DNA from: Candidatus Micrarchaeota archaeon RBG_16_49_10
GTDB taxonomy: Archaea; Aenigmatarchaeota; Aenigmatarchaeia; CG10238-14
Reading direction: 5' to 3'
NCBI GenBank assembly: GCA_001784635.1
Contig: MFRS01000003.1
Location: forward strand, 138,763-202,762
DNA: 64,000 nt
The notes beneath the pieces are model-generated. The model saw nothing but the letters and a program-made list of their open reading frames with translations, did no database searches and was not told the origin of the DNA. How positions within the stretch are numbered: position 1 is the first letter of the stretch; the number at the start of each line of letters is the position of its first letter. Position numbers and translations under genes: made by a program. Shown here one piece after another: positions 61,454 to 64,000 of the stretch.

Positions 61454-62194
61454 ATGATGATAAAGTCCGCCTTGCTCTTTGCCGGGATTCTCCTAGTCTT
61501 AGCCCTGCTTTACAACGGCATACCTGTCCTAAAGACCGAGGGGAAGGAGACCACCATCTTCCTCAGGCCTGACTTCAGTCCACTCACCGACAACTACGTT
61601 GAGTTTAGGGTACCGGCCGTCACCGAGGACGACAAAGGGATACTAGCAAAGGTCACTATTGAGGTGGTCCCGGGCAGCGGGAGGACGCTGATGAACATAG
61701 ACAACATACTCTTCTTCGAGGACACGCAGAACTCGATAAGGCTGGCAAGGGCGATTGCGGAGAACGTGACAGGGGTCGAGCTGGTCGAGAACGACATAAT
61801 CTACTCGGTGAGGACAGACGCAAGCGCGATAGAGGGTTCTTCGGCTGGGGCGGCCATGACTATCGGTACGATAGCCCTTCTGGAAGGCAGGGAGCTCAAC
61901 CAGTCGGTCGCGATGACAGGGTTCGTCAGGCCGGACGGAAGGGTGGGGAAGGTCTCAAACGTCCTCGAGAAGGCCAAGGTCTCCAAGGACAACGGCTATA
62001 CCCTTTTCTTGGTTCCCCCAGGACAGGAGGTCCAGGAGGAAATAACCAAGGAGGAAGTCTGCAGGAGGATACTCTTCAAGGACGTCTGCAACACCGTCGT
62101 GAAGGAGAGTATGATAGACATCCAGAAGGCCGCAAACATAACAGTCATAGAGGTTTCCGATATTCGGGAAGCCGTGGGGTACATAATCATATAG
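61454..62194 (+). CDS. Membrane-anchored S16 (Lon C-terminal proteolytic domain-like) serine protease, COG1750 type
   Basis: I trim the track ORF to the ATG at 61454 (MMIKSALLFAGILLVLALL...). IEGSSAGAAMT (catalytic Ser) and GKVSNVLEKAKVSK (Lys) are present. Confidence 0.75.
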   Translation: MMIKSALLFAGILLVLALLYNGIPVLKTEGKETTIFLRPDFSPLTDNYVEFRVPAVTEDDKGILAKVTIEVVPGSGRTLMNIDNILFFEDTQNSIRLARAIAENVTGVELVENDIIYSVRTDASAIEGSSAGAAMTIGTIALLEGRELNQSVAMTGFVRPDGRVGKVSNVLEKAKVSKDNGYTLFLVPPGQEVQEEITKEEVCRRILFKDVCNTVVKESMIDIQKAANITVIEVSDIREAVGYIII

Positions 62195-63626
62195 TCCTTA
62201 TCCTTGCGCCGCCCTCTTCGTCCTCTACCGCATAGCCCATCTCGTTTATTTTTTTCCTTATCTCGTCGGCCCTCTTCCAATCTTTTCTTTCTCTCGCTAA
62301 TTGCCTTTCCTTTACCAACTCTTCTATTTCTTTTGGTATTTCTTTTTTTTCAATAGCTGAAAGAATGTTGAAAGCTGCATCGAGTTCCCTAAGAAGATTG
62401 TGGGCTTTTTTTCCTCCACCGGTTTTGTTTACTTCTCTTATAAAATTAAAAATTACTGCAAAAGCTCTAGGCGTGTCAAGGTCATCGTTCATCGCCGCTA
62501 AAAAATCGTTTCTAGTTGTTTCTATAAGTTTATCATCGAAATTGTCAATTCCACTCTCTGTTTTTTCCATAAATTCATTTAACCTATCTAAAGTGTTTTG
62601 CGCTTTTACCAAGTTTTCTTCAGAAAAATCGATTGGGCTTCGGTAATGAGTAGAAATGAAAAAATATCTCAATGTTTTTGCATTCCACTTTTTCAATGCA
62701 TCCCTAATTGTAATAAAATTGCCTAAAGATTTTGACATTTTTTGCCCGTTTATTGTTAAGAAGCCAGTATGAAGCCAATATTTTACAAAAGGTTTTTTTC
62801 CAGAAGCCGCTTCCATTTGAGCTATTTCTGCTTCGTGATGCGGAAATATCAAATCTCTTGCACCACCGTGTACGTCGTACTGTGGACCAAAAACCGTTTC
62901 TGTGATAGCTGTGTCTTCAATATGCCAGCCAGGCCTACCTTCACCAAACGGTGATGGCCACTTTGGTTCACCTGGTTTCGACAATTTCCATAAACAAAAA
63001 TCGCCTTTGTTCCTCTTTTTTACGCTTTCATCGATTCTTGTAACTGCGTCTTCTGCTTCTAATGCGGTCCTGCCAGAAAGTTTTCCATATTCAGGAAACT
63101 TGGACAGATCAAAATAAACACCGTCTTCGTTTTCATAAGTATAGCCCCTTTCCATTAAAATTTTGACTTGATTGATCATTTCTTTTATAAAATCGGTAGC
63201 CCGAGCAAATTTAGTAATACTGTTAACGCCTAACGTTTTCAGGTCTTTGTAATATTCTGCTTCAAACTCCTCAGCTAATTGTTTCGGGTCTATTTTTCGC
63301 TCTTTTGCACGCTGAATTATTTTGTCGTCTAAATCTGTAATATTCTGCAAATAGAAAACATCATAACCAATAGCTCGCATATATTTGGCAATCATATCGA
63401 ATTGTATGTATGTCTTTGCGTGTCCTATATGTGAATAATCGTAAACGGTTGGACCGCAGACAAAAAATTTTACATTTCTACCATTTCTTGGCTTAAACAA
63501 TTCTTTTTTTCCACTTTGCGTATTTAACAGTTTCAATTCAGTTCGGTCTTCTTTTGCTTCTCTTTTCACTGAGCTTGTTTTTCCTTTGACTTCGGCATTT
63601 TGTTTCACCATTATCACTTTATCCAT
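62187..63626 (-). CDS. cysS: Cysteine--tRNA ligase (AT-rich gene)
   Basis: 479 aa. CGPTVYDYSHIGHAKT (HIGH) and the KMSKSLGN motif. The conserved N-terminus (KLLNTQSGKKELFKP) begins at an in-frame TTG at 63536, so the first 30 Lys-rich codons may not be translated. Confidence 0.93.
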   Translation of the reverse strand: MDKVIMVKQNAEVKGKTSSVKREAKEDRTELKLLNTQSGKKELFKPRNGRNVKFFVCGPTVYDYSHIGHAKTYIQFDMIAKYMRAIGYDVFYLQNITDLDDKIIQRAKERKIDPKQLAEEFEAEYYKDLKTLGVNSITKFARATDFIKEMINQVKILMERGYTYENEDGVYFDLSKFPEYGKLSGRTALEAEDAVTRIDESVKKRNKGDFCLWKLSKPGEPKWPSPFGEGRPGWHIEDTAITETVFGPQYDVHGGARDLIFPHHEAEIAQMEAASGKKPFVKYWLHTGFLTINGQKMSKSLGNFITIRDALKKWNAKTLRYFFISTHYRSPIDFSEENLVKAQNTLDRLNEFMEKTESGIDNFDDKLIETTRNDFLAAMNDDLDTPRAFAVIFNFIREVNKTGGGKKAHNLLRELDAAFNILSAIEKKEIPKEIEELVKERQLARERKDWKRADEIRKKINEMGYAVEDEEGGARIRTI

Positions 63627-63694
63627 CTAATGTTGAATTAAATATCAATGTATACTGTTTTAAATTGTATGGTACCATATGTTTGTTTTATTTT

Positions 63695-64000
63695 TTAAGG
63701 GTTAGAAGCCTCAGCATAAGTTATGGTGTCATTCACATTAGTCTTTGCCCTCCTTGATGAGATTACAAGGAAAGAGACTAACCCTATACATATCACCAAA
63801 ACTGTAACTAACGATATTATGATCGCCTTATGACGGGACTCTTTTATGCAGGCATTAAGCACGCAGGAGTATCCTGATGGGCAGCCTATGTCCTTGCAAC
63901 AATTTTCTGAACTTTCGCTCAACTCAATTATATCATTTCCACATTTCGGTTCTTCCCTTCCTGGCATTGTAACATTTTCCCCCTCTTTTGGCACATAGTT
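63695..64000 (-). CDS. Small Cys-rich protein with a C-terminal TM helix; reading frame open to the window edge
   Basis: ...MPGREEPKCGNDIIELSESSENCCKDIGCPSGYSCVLNACIK... then IIISLVTVLVICIGLVSFLVI. Candidate ATG at 63967. The frame has no stop up to 64000. Confidence 0.4.
   Translation of the reverse strand, partial: NYVPKEGENVTMPGREEPKCGNDIIELSESSENCCKDIGCPSGYSCVLNACIKESRHKAIIISLVTVLVICIGLVSFLVISSRRAKTNVNDTITYAEASNP

Noticed and set aside
61360-61572. 70-aa ORF and the TTG-started extension of the protease ORF (61421-61453)
   Set aside because: Both overlap the probable SRP RNA. The protease has a good ATG followed by a signal-anchor helix at 61454.
62187-62290. GC-richer last ~35 codons of cysS as a possible recombination junction of a xenologous replacement
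   Set aside because: The stretch is too short, and the amino-acid content (Gly/Ala/Arg-rich tail, overlap with the convergent GC-rich protease gene end) explains it equally well. It is not claimable without computation.

Overview
Gene-dense archaeal chromosome segment. TFB, TBP, an HMf-type histone, MCM, RFC small and large subunits, FEN1, RNase HII, aIF5A, aIF2-beta, EndA, ribosomal proteins S15 and S3Ae, RpoL, Dph2 and AglB are all recognisable from the translations. Short proteins, tight operons and many large or Cys-rich surface proteins suggest a small-genome, DPANN-like archaeon, but that is inference only. The backbone is an information-processing supercluster of GC-rich genes, about 57-63% GC in 60-nt stretches I counted by hand. 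It is interrupted at least eight times by AT-rich blocks of about 28-33% GC that carry accessory functions. (a) 4.0-9.0 kb holds a three-component lipid-linked glycosylation module: GT2, a small flippase-like protein, an FAD oxidoreductase, a GT-C and a second GT2. (b) 12.0-15.7 kb holds a tRNA hotspot with four same-strand tRNAs (Leu, Glu, Val, Ser). It contains three copies of the tRNA-Leu 3' end that delimit two ~0.9-kb cassettes, a LAGLIDADG endonuclease whose stop codon lies inside tRNA-Glu, and ~23-nt insertions at non-canonical positions in tRNA-Glu and tRNA-Val. (c) 34-46 kb holds a surface and N-glycosylation island: GT4, AglB, a PHP/ATP-grasp/deacetylase operon, a 1362-aa sequon-rich C25-like protein and a Thr-rich DUF4382 protein. 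I also call a probable SRP RNA at ~61.17-61.42 kb that is masked by spurious ORFs. No CRISPR array, rRNA, transposase, integrase or reverse transcriptase was seen. The best candidate for something undescribed is the integrase-less cassette structure anchored on tRNA-Leu, together with the tRNA/homing-endonuclease arrangement next to it. All family assignments come from motif recognition by eye; no database search was run.
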